Origin: Chiloscyllium plagiosum
Lineage: Eukaryota
Length of the DNA: 49,000 nt
NCBI RefSeq assembly: GCF_004010195.1
Contig: NW_025214686.1
Span: forward strand, 1-49,000
Direction: 5' to 3'
Of the stretch, positions 12,771 through 24,589 are shown piece by piece. Below the pieces are notes generated by a model, which was given only the letters and a program-made list of their open reading frames with translations, was not told the origin of the DNA and searched no databases. Made by a program: the position numbers and the translations under genes. Each line of letters begins with the position of its first letter. Position 1 is the stretch's first letter.

Positions 12771-13387
12771 NNNNNNNNNNNNNNNNNNNNNNNNNNNNNN
12801 NNNNNNNNNNNNNNNNNNNNNNNNNNNNNNNNNNNNNNNNNNNNNNNNNNNNNNNNNNNNNNNNNNNNNNNNNNNNNNNNNNNNNNNNNNNNNNNNNNNN
12901 NNNNNNNNNNNNNNNNNNNNNNNNNNNNNNNNNNNNNNNNNNNNNNNNNNNNNNNNNNNNNNNNNNNNNNNNNNNNNNNNNNNNNNNNNNNNNNNNNNNN
13001 NNNNNNNNNNNNNNNNNNNNNNNNNNNNNNNNNNNNNNNNNNNNNNNNNNNNNNNNNNNNNNNNNNNNNNNNNNNNNNNNNNNNNNNNNNNNNNNNNNNN
13101 NNNNNNNNNNNNNNNNNNNNNNNNNNNNNNNNNNNNNNNNNNNNNNNNNNNNNNNNNNNNNNNNNNNNNNNNNNNNNNNNNNNNNNNNNNNNNNNNNNNN
13201 NNNNNNNNNNNNNNNNNNNNNNNNNNNNNNNNNNNNNNNNNNNNNNNNNNNNNNNNNNNNNNNNNNNNNNNNNNNNNNNNNNNNNNNNNNNNNNNNNNNN
13301 NNNNNNNNNNNNNNNNNNNNNNNNNNNNNNNNNNNNNNNNNNNNNNNNNNNNNNNNNNNNNNNNNNNNNNNNNNNNNNNNNNNNNNN
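12771..13387. other. Assembly gap (N run)
   Basis: N characters; further gaps at 16906-16920, 22446-23240 and 25296-25373. Confidence 1.
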
Positions 13388-14559
13388 AATGAACAATGCA
13401 GGAGGTGATGCCAGGAACAGCACCAGCAAACCTGAAAATGAGATGTCAGCTATAAAACCACTTCTGTGTCAAACGGCATAAACCACAATTGATGCTCTGG
13501 GGTAAGTGTCAGTGCATCAGATATAAGCTCAACAGACCTGTCACATGCAGTTATGAATGGTTGAGGACAATTAAGCAACTAACAGGAATATGAGTCTCCA
13601 CAAATATCCCCATCCTCAATGAGGGGGAGCCCTGCTCATCAGTGCAAATAATAGGGCTGAAGCATTCCCAACTAACTTGACCCATAAGATGTCCACAGCA
13701 TCATAGGTGATTCCTTACCCAGCTGGCAAATATAATTCAGTGGGTCAGCATTGATGTGTAGGTAGGGCTAGGGACAGAAATCATGGGACCTAGTGCTGTT
13801 CCTCACACAGCCCCTGACCCAACCTCCAGGACCCACACTCGCTTCCACTGACCTGACACAGTGAACACCCTTCTTCAATCCTGATGTACTGTCAACCCCT
13901 GTCCTGGAGACCTGACCAAGTAAGGATGGCAGAGACAAAAACAGAAATTACGGGAAAAACTCAGCTGGTATGGTGACATCTGTGGTGAGAAAGTAGAGTT
14001 AATGGTTTGGGTCCAGTGACACTTCTTCCAAAATAAAATGATCAAAAACAGTGGGCTGAGAGGAGCCTGGATCTTGCAGTTGCTCCTGAGATTCAGATTT
14101 ATTTCCAGATTTACTTCTAGCTTTCTTACATTTATTAAATTTCAGTCAGAAAATCTTTTTGTTTGATTCACTTTTAGCTATTTTATATTCAAAAACACAA
14201 AAGAATTCCCAAAACGGACAGGCCCAATTTTTTTTATCAAACAGAGTCCTATGAATGGCCTTTTTGGATCGGCACACACGTGGACTGTGGGAAGTTTTGC
14301 TGATGGAAAGTAATTGCTGAGGGATGTTTTGTTTCAAACCAAGTTGTGTTTACAGAGGTCTTGGACAGGCTGACACCTGGTTGGCTCTGGAGTGGGATTT
14401 TATTTTTAATCAGAACATTGAAAGCTGTCTGCTGGACCACTTGTGCTTAATATTAACTCTTTGGATAAAGAAATGTAGTTTACTTTAGAGTTAAGGTGTT
14501 AGTGTAAGTTGCTTCTTTTTCGACTTAATGACATTGAGGGCATACAAGAGACACAGAGT

Positions 14560-17500
14560 TAGACGGCCAGTAGATTTCGAGAGGTGATATCACAGCAGGA
14601 TCAGTCAGATAGATGGATGACTGTCAGGAAAGGTAAGAAGGTAGTTCAGAAATCTCTCGTACTGTTGAAAGGATAATCTCTCAGAGGAAATTACAAGGGA
14701 CAGTCAGATCTTGGGCGCTAAAAATGAACCTTATGTTTGGACGGGTTTGACAAAATTTAAAAGAATAATTGTTGCAGTTGATTCTCCAGTCAAGGGCAGG
14801 AGGTTCTACAGCAGTGAGCATGAATCTAGGATATTATACTGTTTTCTTGGTGCTAGGATTAAGGCCATTGCAAAATGTTTGAAGCATACTGTTAAAGGGA
14901 ACAATGAGAAACCAGAAGATTTTGTACACATTGATGGGAATGACATAGTTAGGGAAAGGATTACGGCTTTACAAAGTAATATCAAAGGTTAGGTCGAAGA
15001 TTAAAAAAAAACCCTCAAAAGTAGTAATCTCTGGTTTACTCCCAAAGCCAAGCTCAGATGAGGGAACGAAAGGATAAAGGAGACAAATCAATGGCTGAAG
15101 GGGTAGTGTAATGTTCAGGGATTCAGATTCTTGGATCACTGCGATCTCTTCTGAGACAGAAAAGACCGTTCACAAAGGACGGTTTCAACTGTACTGCTTT
15201 CAGGAACAACAGGTGAATAAAGAGCTGGAGGTTCCAGTCAGGGATAGGAGAGAATCATATACTAAATATAAACAACTGGATCCAAATGGATCTCTTGCAC
15301 TGTATAATGAGTGTCAGGACATTCATAAGAGGGAGATCAGGAAGTCAAAGAAAGGATATGGAATAGCCTCGGCAAATAAGGTTAAGGATAATCCAAAGGG
15401 ATTCTATAAGTACATTAAGACCAAGACAGCAACAAGAAATAGAGTATAAGGCAAAGAGATTGCCTTTGTGTTCGACCTCAGGAGATGGGAGAGATCTTAA
15501 GTGAGTATTTTGTGTCAGTTTTTACTGTGGAGAGAGAAGTGGAGGCGAGACAACGCTGAGAAATAAATATTGATGTTTTGAAAAGCGTTTGCATTACAGA
15601 AGAGGAAGGGCTAGAGGTCTTTGAAAATATGAATCTCTGAGACCTGATCTACTCAATCCCAGGACTTTGTCAGAAGTTAAGAGGAAATTGCTGGGCCCCC
15701 TGCAGGAACATTTGTATCATCCATAAATAACAGTCAGGTGCTGAATGACTGGAGAGTGGCTAATGTTCAAGAAGGAATGTCAGGAGAAGCCTGGGAACTT
15801 CAGACCTGCGAGTCTGACTTCGGTGGTGAGGAAGTTGTTGAAAATAATTCTGAAGTTTGGGATTTATATGCATTTGGAGAGGCAAGGAATGATTAGGGAT
15901 AGTCAACATGGGAGACTGATCAGCAAGATTAGATCTCATGGAACACAGGGAGAACTAGCCATTTGGATACAGAAATGGCTCAAAGGTAGAAGACAGTGGG
16001 TGGTGATGGAGGGTTGTTTTTCAGATTGGAGGCCTGTGACCAGTGGAGTGCCACAAGGATTGGTGCTGGGTCCTCTACTTTTTGTCATATACATAAATGA
16101 TTTGGATGTGAGCATAAGAGGTATAGTTAGTAAGTTTGCAGATGTCACCAAAATCAAAGGTGTAGTGGACAGCGAAGAGGGTTACCTCAGATTACAACAG
16201 GATCTGGATCAGATGGGGCAATGGGCTGAGAAGTGGCAGATGGAGTTTAATTCAGATAAATGCGAGGTGCTGCATTTTGGGAAAGCAAATCTTAACAGGA
16301 CTTATACACTTATTGGTAAGGTGCAGGTTCATAGCTCCTTGAACGTGGAGTCGCAGTTAGATAGGATAGTGAAGTAGGCGTTTGGTATGCTTTCCTTTAT
16401 TGGTCAGAGTATTGAGTACAGGAGCCGGGGGGGGTCATGTTGCAGCTGTACAGGACATTGGTTAGGCCACTGTTGGAATATTGCATGCAATTCTGGTGTC
16501 CTTCCTATCGGAAAGATGTTGTGAAACTTGATAGGGTTCAGAAAAGATTTACAAGGATGTTGCCAGGGTTGGAGGATATGAGCTATAGGGAGAGGCTGAA
16601 CAGGCTGGGGCTGTTTTCCCTGGAGCATCAGAGGCTGAGGGGTGACCTTATAGAAGTTTACAAAATTATGAGGGATATGGATAGGGTAAATAGGCAAAGT
16701 CTTTTCCTTGGGATCGGGGAGTCCAGAACTCGAGGGCATAGGTTTAGGGTGAGGGGGAAAGATATAAAACAGACCTAAGGGGCAACGTTTTCACGCAGAG
16801 GGTGGTATGTGTATGGAATGAGCTGCCAGAGGAAGTGGTAGAGGCTGGTACAATTGCAACATTTAAGAGGCATTTGGATGGGTATATGAATAGGAAGGGT
16901 TTGGANNNNNNNNNNNNNNNTCTGTTTCCATGCTGTACATCTCTATGGCTCTATGACTCTAGTGATAGTCAGCATGGTTTTGTGCGAGGGATATTGTGTC
17001 TCACAAACTTGATTGAGTTTTTTGAAGAGGTAAACAAGAAAATTGATGAGGGCAGAGGGGTTAACATTGTTTTCTTAGACTTTGGTAAATCCTTTGACAA
17101 GGTTCCGCATGGTAGACTAATTAGTGAAGTGAGATCCCATGGGATTCAGGGTGAGCTTGGCAAGTGGATGCACAATTGGCTGAAAGGCAGAAGACAGAGA
17201 GTGACGGTGGAGGGAGGGTTTTGTTCTGGAGGCCTGTGATCAGCAGGGTTCCACGGGGATCAGGGGCTGGGCCCACTTTTGTCACCATTTATTTTCAAAA
17301 TTTAGGTAAGAACACAGAAAGAATGTTTTGCAAGTTTGCGGTTGATACCAACATTGATGGTACATTGAATAATGAAAGAAGGTTATCTTAGAATACAAAG
17401 AGATCATAATCAAATGTTTCAATGGGCTGAAGAGTGACAGATGGAGTTTAAGATAAGTGTGAAGTATTGCACTTTGGGAAAACAAACAAAGGGAAGACTT

Positions 17501-18210
17501 ACACAATTAAAAGTAGGGCCTTGGGTCATGCTGTAGAACAGAGACCTAGGGATTCAGGTACAGAATTCTTCCAAATTTACATCATCTATATATACGGTGG
17601 TTCAGCACACTTGCCTTCATTGCTCAGACCTTTGATAATCGGAGTTGGGATGTTATGTTCAGGTTGGACAGGATACTGGTGAGGCCTCTATTGTGTCCAG
17701 TTCTGGTCACCCTGTTATTGTAAGGATATCATTTAGCTGGAGAGGGTTCAGAAGACATTTACCAGGATGTTGCCGAGAAAGCAGGCCTTGAGTTACTGGA
17801 AGAGGCTGGAGTGACTAGGACATTTCTCACTGAAGCGTACAAGGTTGAGAGGTGACCTCAAGATTGATAAAGTATGAGGAATATAGATAAGGTGAATGGC
17901 AGGTGTCTTTTTGCTCAGGTGGGAGATTTCAAGACTGGGGGCATATCTTTAAGGTGAGAGGAGAAAGATTTTAAAAAGACATAAGGGGCAGTTTTTATTT
18001 TGCACAGAGTGGTTCATGTGGAATGAACTTCCAGAGGAAATGGTGGATGTGGGGACAGTTATAACGTTTAAAAGACATTTAGATAATTTCATGAATAAGA
18101 AATGTTTGGAGCAATATGTACAAAGCGCAGGCAGGTGGGACTACTTTAGTTTGGGATTGTGTTCAGTGTGGACTAGTTGAACTGAAGGGTCTGCTCCTGT
18201 GCTGTATCAT
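14560..18210 (+). mobile_element. Older CR1 LINE with internal deletions, interrupted by a younger CR1
   Basis: ORF1 esterase (IIVAVDSPVKG, CFLGARIK, VHIDGNDI); ORF2 (KVKDNPKGFYKYIK, NFRPASLTSVV, LDFGKSFDKVPHGRL, KFAVDT); CR1 3' tail ending near 18210. Confidence 0.9.
15912..16959 (+). mobile_element. Younger 5'-truncated CR1 nested in the older CR1 ORF2
   Basis: RT C-half (SGVPQGLVLGPLLFVIYINDLD, KFADVT) plus CTCTATGGCTCTATGACTC tail; flanked by TAGGGATAGTCAACATGG (15894-15911) and TAGTGATAGTCAGCATGG (16960-16977). Confidence 0.85.
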
Positions 18211-18214
18211 TCTA

Positions 18215-18690
18215 TAAATGATTATAGCTGGGGAAAGGTTGGTATAGATGCTGAAGATGGGGAGGGGGGGTGAGAGGGCAGGAGTAAACACTCAGTGGAA
18301 ACGGACCCCAGACAGAGAGAAAAGCAATTGGACAGACAAACGAAAGGGGAAAGGTCAGCCTGGGAGAATGAACAGCTGCTGATGGGGACCATTGATGGGG
18401 ACTGACAATGGATTGTTTTGGTAGCAGCCCATGTGATGACAAGGTCTGGTGTGTGTGGGTTGTGGGAAGGAGATCGGAGAAGGTGCTGAGGTCCTAAAAT
18501 TATTCACCTCAATATTGAGTCCAGAAGGTCACTGGGTACCCAAAAAGTGGGGTGTGGAAATGGCAGGCAACTGGATGCTGAGAATCATTTTTGTGGGGAG
18601 AACATTTCTGTTCTGCAAAGTAATCACCCAGTCTGTGTTTTGTTTTCCCAATACAGAGTTAGAAGTGGACTGTGCAGAGTTGGTGGATTA
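18215..18690 (-). mobile_element. Penelope-like element fragment (3' region, GIY-YIG C-terminus)
   Basis: Minus strand reads GTQ*PSGLNIEVNNF, resembling the PLE C-terminal LGTLQP.GLN.EF motif, followed by a pyrimidine-rich 3' region. Confidence 0.6.
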
Positions 18691-18788
18691 TGAGCAGCCC
18701 TGAGTCTGTGTGAGGTGGTGCTGATGGAGAGAGACGGCTCAAGATTGTGCATATGGCAACATATGACACTGAGTACATGGTTTCATAC

Positions 18789-19002
18789 CATGTACCTGCA
18801 GTCGTGTCTCTTTCTGGATCAGATACTGAGAATCAGGTTCTGACCTGTATTCCACCAGACACAGGTAAGTGTGATTGTCCCTCACTCTCAGCTGGTTTAT
18901 CGAGGTTGAAGCGTTTCCCTCCTCTGGGTTCCCGATGAGCTCGTACCGATTTCCACCTTGTCCAGTTGTCCAAGTCCCCTGTGATTGGGCTGTAAATGTA
19001 AC
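18789..19002 (-). pseudogene. Partial duplicate (3' half) of the Ig V-set exon at 20000-20347
   Basis: VTFTAQSQGTWTTGQGGNRYELIGNPEEGNASTSINQLRVRDNHTYLCLVEYRSEPDSQYLIQKETRLQVH(G)|gtatg; close to 20000-20213; the 5' half (B-strand Cys, C-strand Trp) is missing and SINE DNA lies upstream. Confidence 0.85.
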
Positions 19003-19034
19003 TGAGTGTGAATGGCAGATTTCATTCCCTAAAT

Positions 19035-19262
19035 CAAGTCGCCATATTCCTACCAGACTATGGGCTGCTTTCTCTTGAGAGAGAGAGAGAGAGAGAGAGA
19101 GAACTGGTGCTGGTTTAACCTGAGGGCCACCACACCTCAATGAGGGGAGAGTTGAGAAGGAGGGTCCTTCATGATCACCTGAGCCAATGTAGGGATTGAA
19201 CCCACACTCTTGGCATTGCATTGCTTTGCAAACCAACTGTCCAGCTAACTGAACTGAAACCC
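19035..19262 (-). mobile_element. tRNA-derived SINE with internal (CT)n
   Basis: Minus strand begins with an A-box-like GGTTTCAGTTCAGTTAGCTGG and a B-box GGGTTCAATCCC. Confidence 0.7.
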
Positions 19263-19999
19263 AGATTCCCTGAAGTGTACAACTGAATCAGATCAAAATT
19301 TCCAAATCTCAGCCATTAGGTTAGCTTTTCTTTCAAATTCCAGATTTTAAAAATTTTTATTCACATTTCACCTTCTGCTGTGATGGGATTTGAACCCATA
19401 GCTACAGACTTGCGTGTCTGGATTGGTCACCAGTGACAGTAACAGTATACCACCACCTTCCTTTATAACCCATGTGTGAATGCAGGGCGAGGATAAGTCC
19501 CACGTGGCTGTGATGCCTCACACAGTCAGATTGGCACTGGGGGTATGTACTTGCACTGATGGAACTATTCCTGATGAAGATTGTAACTAAGAGGGACACA
19601 TCAGACTGTTGCACCTTCCTGTTCGAGGAGATGATCTCAATGTTAGTACAACTTTGGGGCATTTGGAGATATAACTTAATGTTCTGAGTCTGTCAATGTC
19701 TTTCAATACTGACATCAGAATGCACTTAAAAATATCAGCACATCATAGTATATTAAATATTGAAAAAAATTAAATTTGGAACCAAAAGCTAAAACACCAC
19801 AGATAGTGGAAATTTTAAATAAACATCAAAATGCTGCAAATACTCAGCAGGGCAGACAATACCGATGGAGAGTAACAGGGTTAATGTTTTAGTTCCACGT
19901 CCTTTCACCAGAAAATCAAATCACAAAACATTCACAGAATCTGTTCCACACTCATTGTGCACCTTCTACAGGCTGAAGAATGTGTGAATGGTTTCTTAC

Positions 20000-20347
20000 C
20001 ATGTACCTGCAACCGAGTCTCTTTCTGGATCAGATACTGAGAATCAGGTTCTGACCTGTATTCCACCAGACACAGGTAAGTGTGATTGTCCCTCACACTC
20101 AGCTGGATTATCCTGGTCGAGGCGTTTCCTTCCTCTGGGTTCCCGATGAGCTCGTACCGATTTCTACCATGTACAGTTATCCAAGTTCACTGTGATTGGG
20201 CTGTAAATGTAACAATGTGTTGGTAGGGCTCCTTCCTCATCCAGGTAACAGTGGTCAGGGTGTGGGAGTCCCAGCTCCTGAAGATACAGGGTAAAGTAAC
20301 TGAATCTCCCTCAGTCCCACTCACCACTGAGACGTCTCCTTGAACAT
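20000..20347 (-). pseudogene. Siglec-like Ig V-set exon (domain 2) with in-frame TGA
   Basis: Acceptor tttgtctttcctcag|AT, donor CATG|gtaag, 348 bp, phase 1/1. (D)VQGDVSVVSGTEGDSVTLPCIFRSWDSHTLTTVTWMRKEPYQHIVTFTAQSQ*TWITVHGRNRYELIGNPEEGNASTRIIQLSVRDNHTYLCLVEYRSEPDSQYLIQKETRLQVH. Cys-Trp-Cys and D-x-x-x-Y-x-C present; stop at 20187-20189. Not in the ORF track. Confidence 0.9.
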
Positions 20348-20557
20348 CTGAGGAAAGACAAACATTAGAATGGATGAGGTCAGTGTGCAGAAGGTCTTAT
20401 TTCAATATGTTATATTCCTTTCAACTTCACAATTAAATGAACAATTAAAGTCTCCACTCACATCTCTAACAGGTCTATCCTAGACATTCCCCAACAAGAG
20501 TCACCCTGATCAAAATGTCTCCTCGCCACTCAATTTGAAAACCTTGATTACAAGATA

Positions 20558-20690
20558 CTTCCATGATGTGGAGTTGCCAGTGTTGCACTGAGGTGGACAA
20601 AGTCAGAAGTCACACTGCACCAGGACTTCACCTGATGCAGGAGCAGTGCTCTGAACCTTGTTATTTCAAATAAACCTGGTGCCATGTGAC
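20558..20690 (+). mobile_element. Short PLE-derived repeat (same family as 1716-1835) with decayed hammerhead
   Basis: Inverted piece ATGTGGAGTTGCCAGTGTTG...GGACAAAGTCAGAAGTCACAC, then CCTGATGCAGGAGCAGTGCTCTGAACC...AATAAACC. Confidence 0.65.
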
Positions 20691-21185
20691 TGCTGAAGGT
20701 ACTTACAGATCGGATCCATTGAACCCTCCTGAATTCATTCATGCAGAACCCTCTGCCCGTTGCTCAATATTAATATTCTTTAAACAAGGTCAAGGATTTT
20801 ACAGCCTTCCCCCTCACTCTGTTGCTCAAACACATTCAAAGTATTGACCACACTCTGTGTGAAGGAGAACCCCCTGGTGTCATTCCTAATGTAACCATTC
20901 ATCAGTTCTAACCTGTGACCTTTGAAATGAGCACAGGTTAATTTAAACTCAGAGTCCAGATTATGTTTTTCTACACTGAGTAAATTATTTGGGTGCAGGA
21001 GGAGGGGGATAACCAGCCATATGCCTCTTTGCTGCATGAACTTAAAAGAGAAGCTGAGAGATTAAATGTTTCCTCATTCTTATTTAAATCAGAAATATGT
21101 TATCTTGCAATGGTTGCCCTGTTTGACTTCTGTTCACAAGAGCAAATATCCTCTCAGAATCTGCATTGTCAAGCTCCTCAGCATC

Positions 21186-21312
21186 TTGAAGAAGGGTCAC
21201 TCTGCCTGAAACATTAACTCTGATTTCTCTCCAGAGGTGCTGCCAGACCTGCCGAGCTTTTCTGACAATTTCCATTTTTGTTTCTGATTTGTAGCATCTG
21301 CAGTTTTTTGTT
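21186..21312 (+). mobile_element. Older PLE-derived short repeat with decayed hammerhead
   Basis: TGAAGAAGGGTCACTCTGCCTGAAACATTAACTCT...GCTGCCAGACCTG; minus-strand relatives at about 13930-14030 and 19795-19912. Confidence 0.65.
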
Positions 21313-21979
21313 TGTTTTTTCCTCAGAATGTTCGCTGTTTCATTAATTTCTACTTTTGTTTTATTTGGTCATGGGTTTCACTGGCTCAGATTATGTGCAA
21401 TTATTGTCCATCCTGATTGCCCAGGAGAAGCTGCCTTCTTCAACTGCTGCAGCCCTGAGGTGTCAGGGTTATCCAGAGTAATTTAAGGGATTGAGTTTCA
21501 GGACTTTGACCCAGCAACAGTGAAGGAATGCCAATAGAGTACAACTGGACTCAGACTACTCTGCATTGACCAAGGCCCCAATAACAGTCAGAACAGTCCC
21601 AGCCCTGTCAACCCTGCAATGTCCTCCTCAGTAACATCTAGGAGCTAGTGCACAGATGGGTCGACTAACAGCCTCACATGGTCAAACTCACAGAACCAGA
21701 ACTTACAATATCACAGACACCACGATCATTGTCCCTGGACACAGCCTGACCCACCACCAGGACAGAGCCAGCAGAGGTGGAGGCACAGTGGTATACAGTC
21801 AGGAGGGAGTTGCCCAGGGACTCCCCAGTATGAAGTCACCAAGTTAAAGACTACATTGTAAGCCCATTGAACTACAATCTGTAACCTCACAATCCACATT
21901 AACACCCCCCACACCAACATTCCCATCAGGCTGGGAGATCAATGAAGAGACATGTGATTTTGCTGTGTGCAATACCAGG

Positions 21980-22205
21980 TGAAAGTGAGGACTGCTGATA
22001 CTGGAGATGAGAGTCAAGATTAGAGCGGCGCTGGAAAAGCACAGTAGGTCAGGTAGCATCCGAGGAGCAGGAAAATCACCTTTTCGGGCAGGAGCCCTTC
22101 ATCAGCCACATTCATGATGAAGGGCTCCTGCCCGAAACGTTGATTTTCCTGCTCGTCAGATGCTGCCTGACCTGCTGTGCTTTTCCAGCACCACTCTAAC
22201 CTTGA
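21980..22205. mobile_element. Palindromic PLE-derived mini-element with two back-to-back hammerhead cores
   Basis: Minus-strand core CTGATGAAGGGCTCCTGCCCGAAAAGG (22079-22105) and plus-strand core ATGATGAAGGGCTCCTGCCCGAAACGTT (22114-22141); TSD CTGTGTGCAATACCAGG (21963-21979) / CTGTGTACAACACCAGG (22206-22222). Confidence 0.9.
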
Positions 22206-24136
22206 CTGTGTACAACACCAGGCAAACTGAAATGTGTGAGGCCAACACACTGAATCTACAACATCCCAAGGACTACTTGCTCATCAAACAGCAGAAACAG
22301 CACACAACAGAGCCACCCCATAACCAATGGATCAGATGGCTCTGCAGTCCTGCTACAGACAGTCCTGAATGGTGGGGGACAATTGCTGCACCAGCTGTTC
22401 CAGTACAGAAAGCGGTTGATGTTGTCTACATGGACTTCGGTCAAGNNNNNNNNNNNNNNNNNNNNNNNNNNNNNNNNNNNNNNNNNNNNNNNNNNNNNNN
22501 NNNNNNNNNNNNNNNNNNNNNNNNNNNNNNNNNNNNNNNNNNNNNNNNNNNNNNNNNNNNNNNNNNNNNNNNNNNNNNNNNNNNNNNNNNNNNNNNNNNN
22601 NNNNNNNNNNNNNNNNNNNNNNNNNNNNNNNNNNNNNNNNNNNNNNNNNNNNNNNNNNNNNNNNNNNNNNNNNNNNNNNNNNNNNNNNNNNNNNNNNNNN
22701 NNNNNNNNNNNNNNNNNNNNNNNNNNNNNNNNNNNNNNNNNNNNNNNNNNNNNNNNNNNNNNNNNNNNNNNNNNNNNNNNNNNNNNNNNNNNNNNNNNNN
22801 NNNNNNNNNNNNNNNNNNNNNNNNNNNNNNNNNNNNNNNNNNNNNNNNNNNNNNNNNNNNNNNNNNNNNNNNNNNNNNNNNNNNNNNNNNNNNNNNNNNN
22901 NNNNNNNNNNNNNNNNNNNNNNNNNNNNNNNNNNNNNNNNNNNNNNNNNNNNNNNNNNNNNNNNNNNNNNNNNNNNNNNNNNNNNNNNNNNNNNNNNNNN
23001 NNNNNNNNNNNNNNNNNNNNNNNNNNNNNNNNNNNNNNNNNNNNNNNNNNNNNNNNNNNNNNNNNNNNNNNNNNNNNNNNNNNNNNNNNNNNNNNNNNNN
23101 NNNNNNNNNNNNNNNNNNNNNNNNNNNNNNNNNNNNNNNNNNNNNNNNNNNNNNNNNNNNNNNNNNNNNNNNNNNNNNNNNNNNNNNNNNNNNNNNNNNN
23201 NNNNNNNNNNNNNNNNNNNNNNNNNNNNNNNNNNNNNNNNTCCACTATATACATGAGAACATCACCACCCACAAGCTTCCCTCCAATACACTCATCATCT
23301 TGATTTGGGAATATTTCATCATTACTTCAGTGTGACTGGGACAAAGCCCTTGGAATCCTTAACCAACCTTATCGCGAATGTCCCTGCAGCTGAGGGAATG
23401 CAGCAGATCAAGAAGGCAGCTCACCATTCCCTTCTCCATGCCAATTAGGGATGGCCAATATAGGCTGACCGAGCATGTGACACCCACATCCCCTTGAACA
23501 ATGAAAAGATAACTGTACTTCCCAGTCAGGATGGTCTGTATCTGATGCCATTTTTTACACTGACATCATAGAGGTCATTACTTTGGAAGGTGCTGGTGGA
23601 GGAAGTGTTGCTGCCTTGCTGCAGTGTATTTTATTGTTATTTTTATTGTTACAATACTGTTGGGTGGGAGTTCCAGGATTTTGACCCAGTAACAGGGCAG
23701 CAATATATTTTCCTGCATTCTTCCAGACAAGTGGGGAATATTCCATCACGCTTCCAACTGGTCAATATGCTTTGGAGTCAGGTGTGATAATTTACAGGAC
23801 CTCCAGCCTGTGACCTACTCTTAGAACCACAATTCCATTTGCACTCCTAGGTTCACTCCTTGTCCACAACAGGGGGCAGTTAAGAGTCAACCTCATTACA
23901 GTAGGTATGGATTCGCATGTAGGTCAGACCATTAAGGATAGCAGATTTCCCTCCCTAAAGGAGATGAGTGAACCAGGTTTCTTTTTTGTCAGAGGTGCCT
24001 ACATGGTCTTTATAAAACTGGCTTTTCAGTCTAGATTGCTTTCCAATTCAAATTTCACAATCTGCCATGGATTGGAAAGTATTCCCAAGACATTAGCCTC
24101 TGCAGAATACTACTCCCCCGCCCCTCTATTTTCTGC

Positions 24137-24289
24137 TCAGCCAATAGAAAGTGAAGGTAGAAACAGTGAGATTTTCAGCCAATGCGAGCTGAGGGTTCCC
24201 TCACTTTGAGACGTGCTCATCCAATGAGAGCTCAGAATTTTTGGGTCTCTTTTTCTCACCCAATGTCGATAGAGTAGGACTGTCATTGG
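24137..24289 (+). promoter_or_regulatory. Cluster of regularly spaced CCAAT boxes (possible NF-Y enhancer/promoter)
   Basis: TCAnCCAATr with CCAAT at 24141, 24179, 24221, 24260; reverse ATTGG at 24285; GAAAGTGAA at 24147. Confidence 0.35.
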
Positions 24290-24589
24290 TGGGGGTCTTG
24301 GGCTTGAATCCTTGATGACGATGTGTCTGTTCCCTGCCCCAAAAAACTGAAGCCAGTCTGAACACAGCAAATGAGTGACTGTGGGAGGTTTCAGAGTCGG
24401 AAATGGATTGGTCTGTAAATCCCAGCCAGGTCTCTCTCTCACACACACACTCTCCTTCTCACTGCCCCCCTGCCTGAGACCAACTGGAAGAGCCCAGGAG
24501 AAGGAGCCAACCCGAGAGCTCCCGGACCTGGTGGAGCCTGTCCCCATTGAGCTGTCAGGGCAGTGACACATCAGAACATTGTTCCTCAC

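Noticed and set aside
12635-13481. Long ORFs of 233-264 aa
   Set aside because: Read-through of the N gap.
18739-19236. 165-aa ORF as a single Ig gene
   Set aside because: The N-terminal half is SINE and (CT)n sequence fused by chance to a half V exon.
20188-20194. CACAGTG (RSS heptamer) on the minus strand inside V2, suggesting a rearranging receptor
   Set aside because: Mid-exon, overlaps the nonsense codon, no nonamer at 12 or 23 bp; both V exons encode their own G strand and end at splice donors.
22160-23335. Long ORFs of 306-391 aa
   Set aside because: Read-through of the N gap; flanks are repeat fragments.
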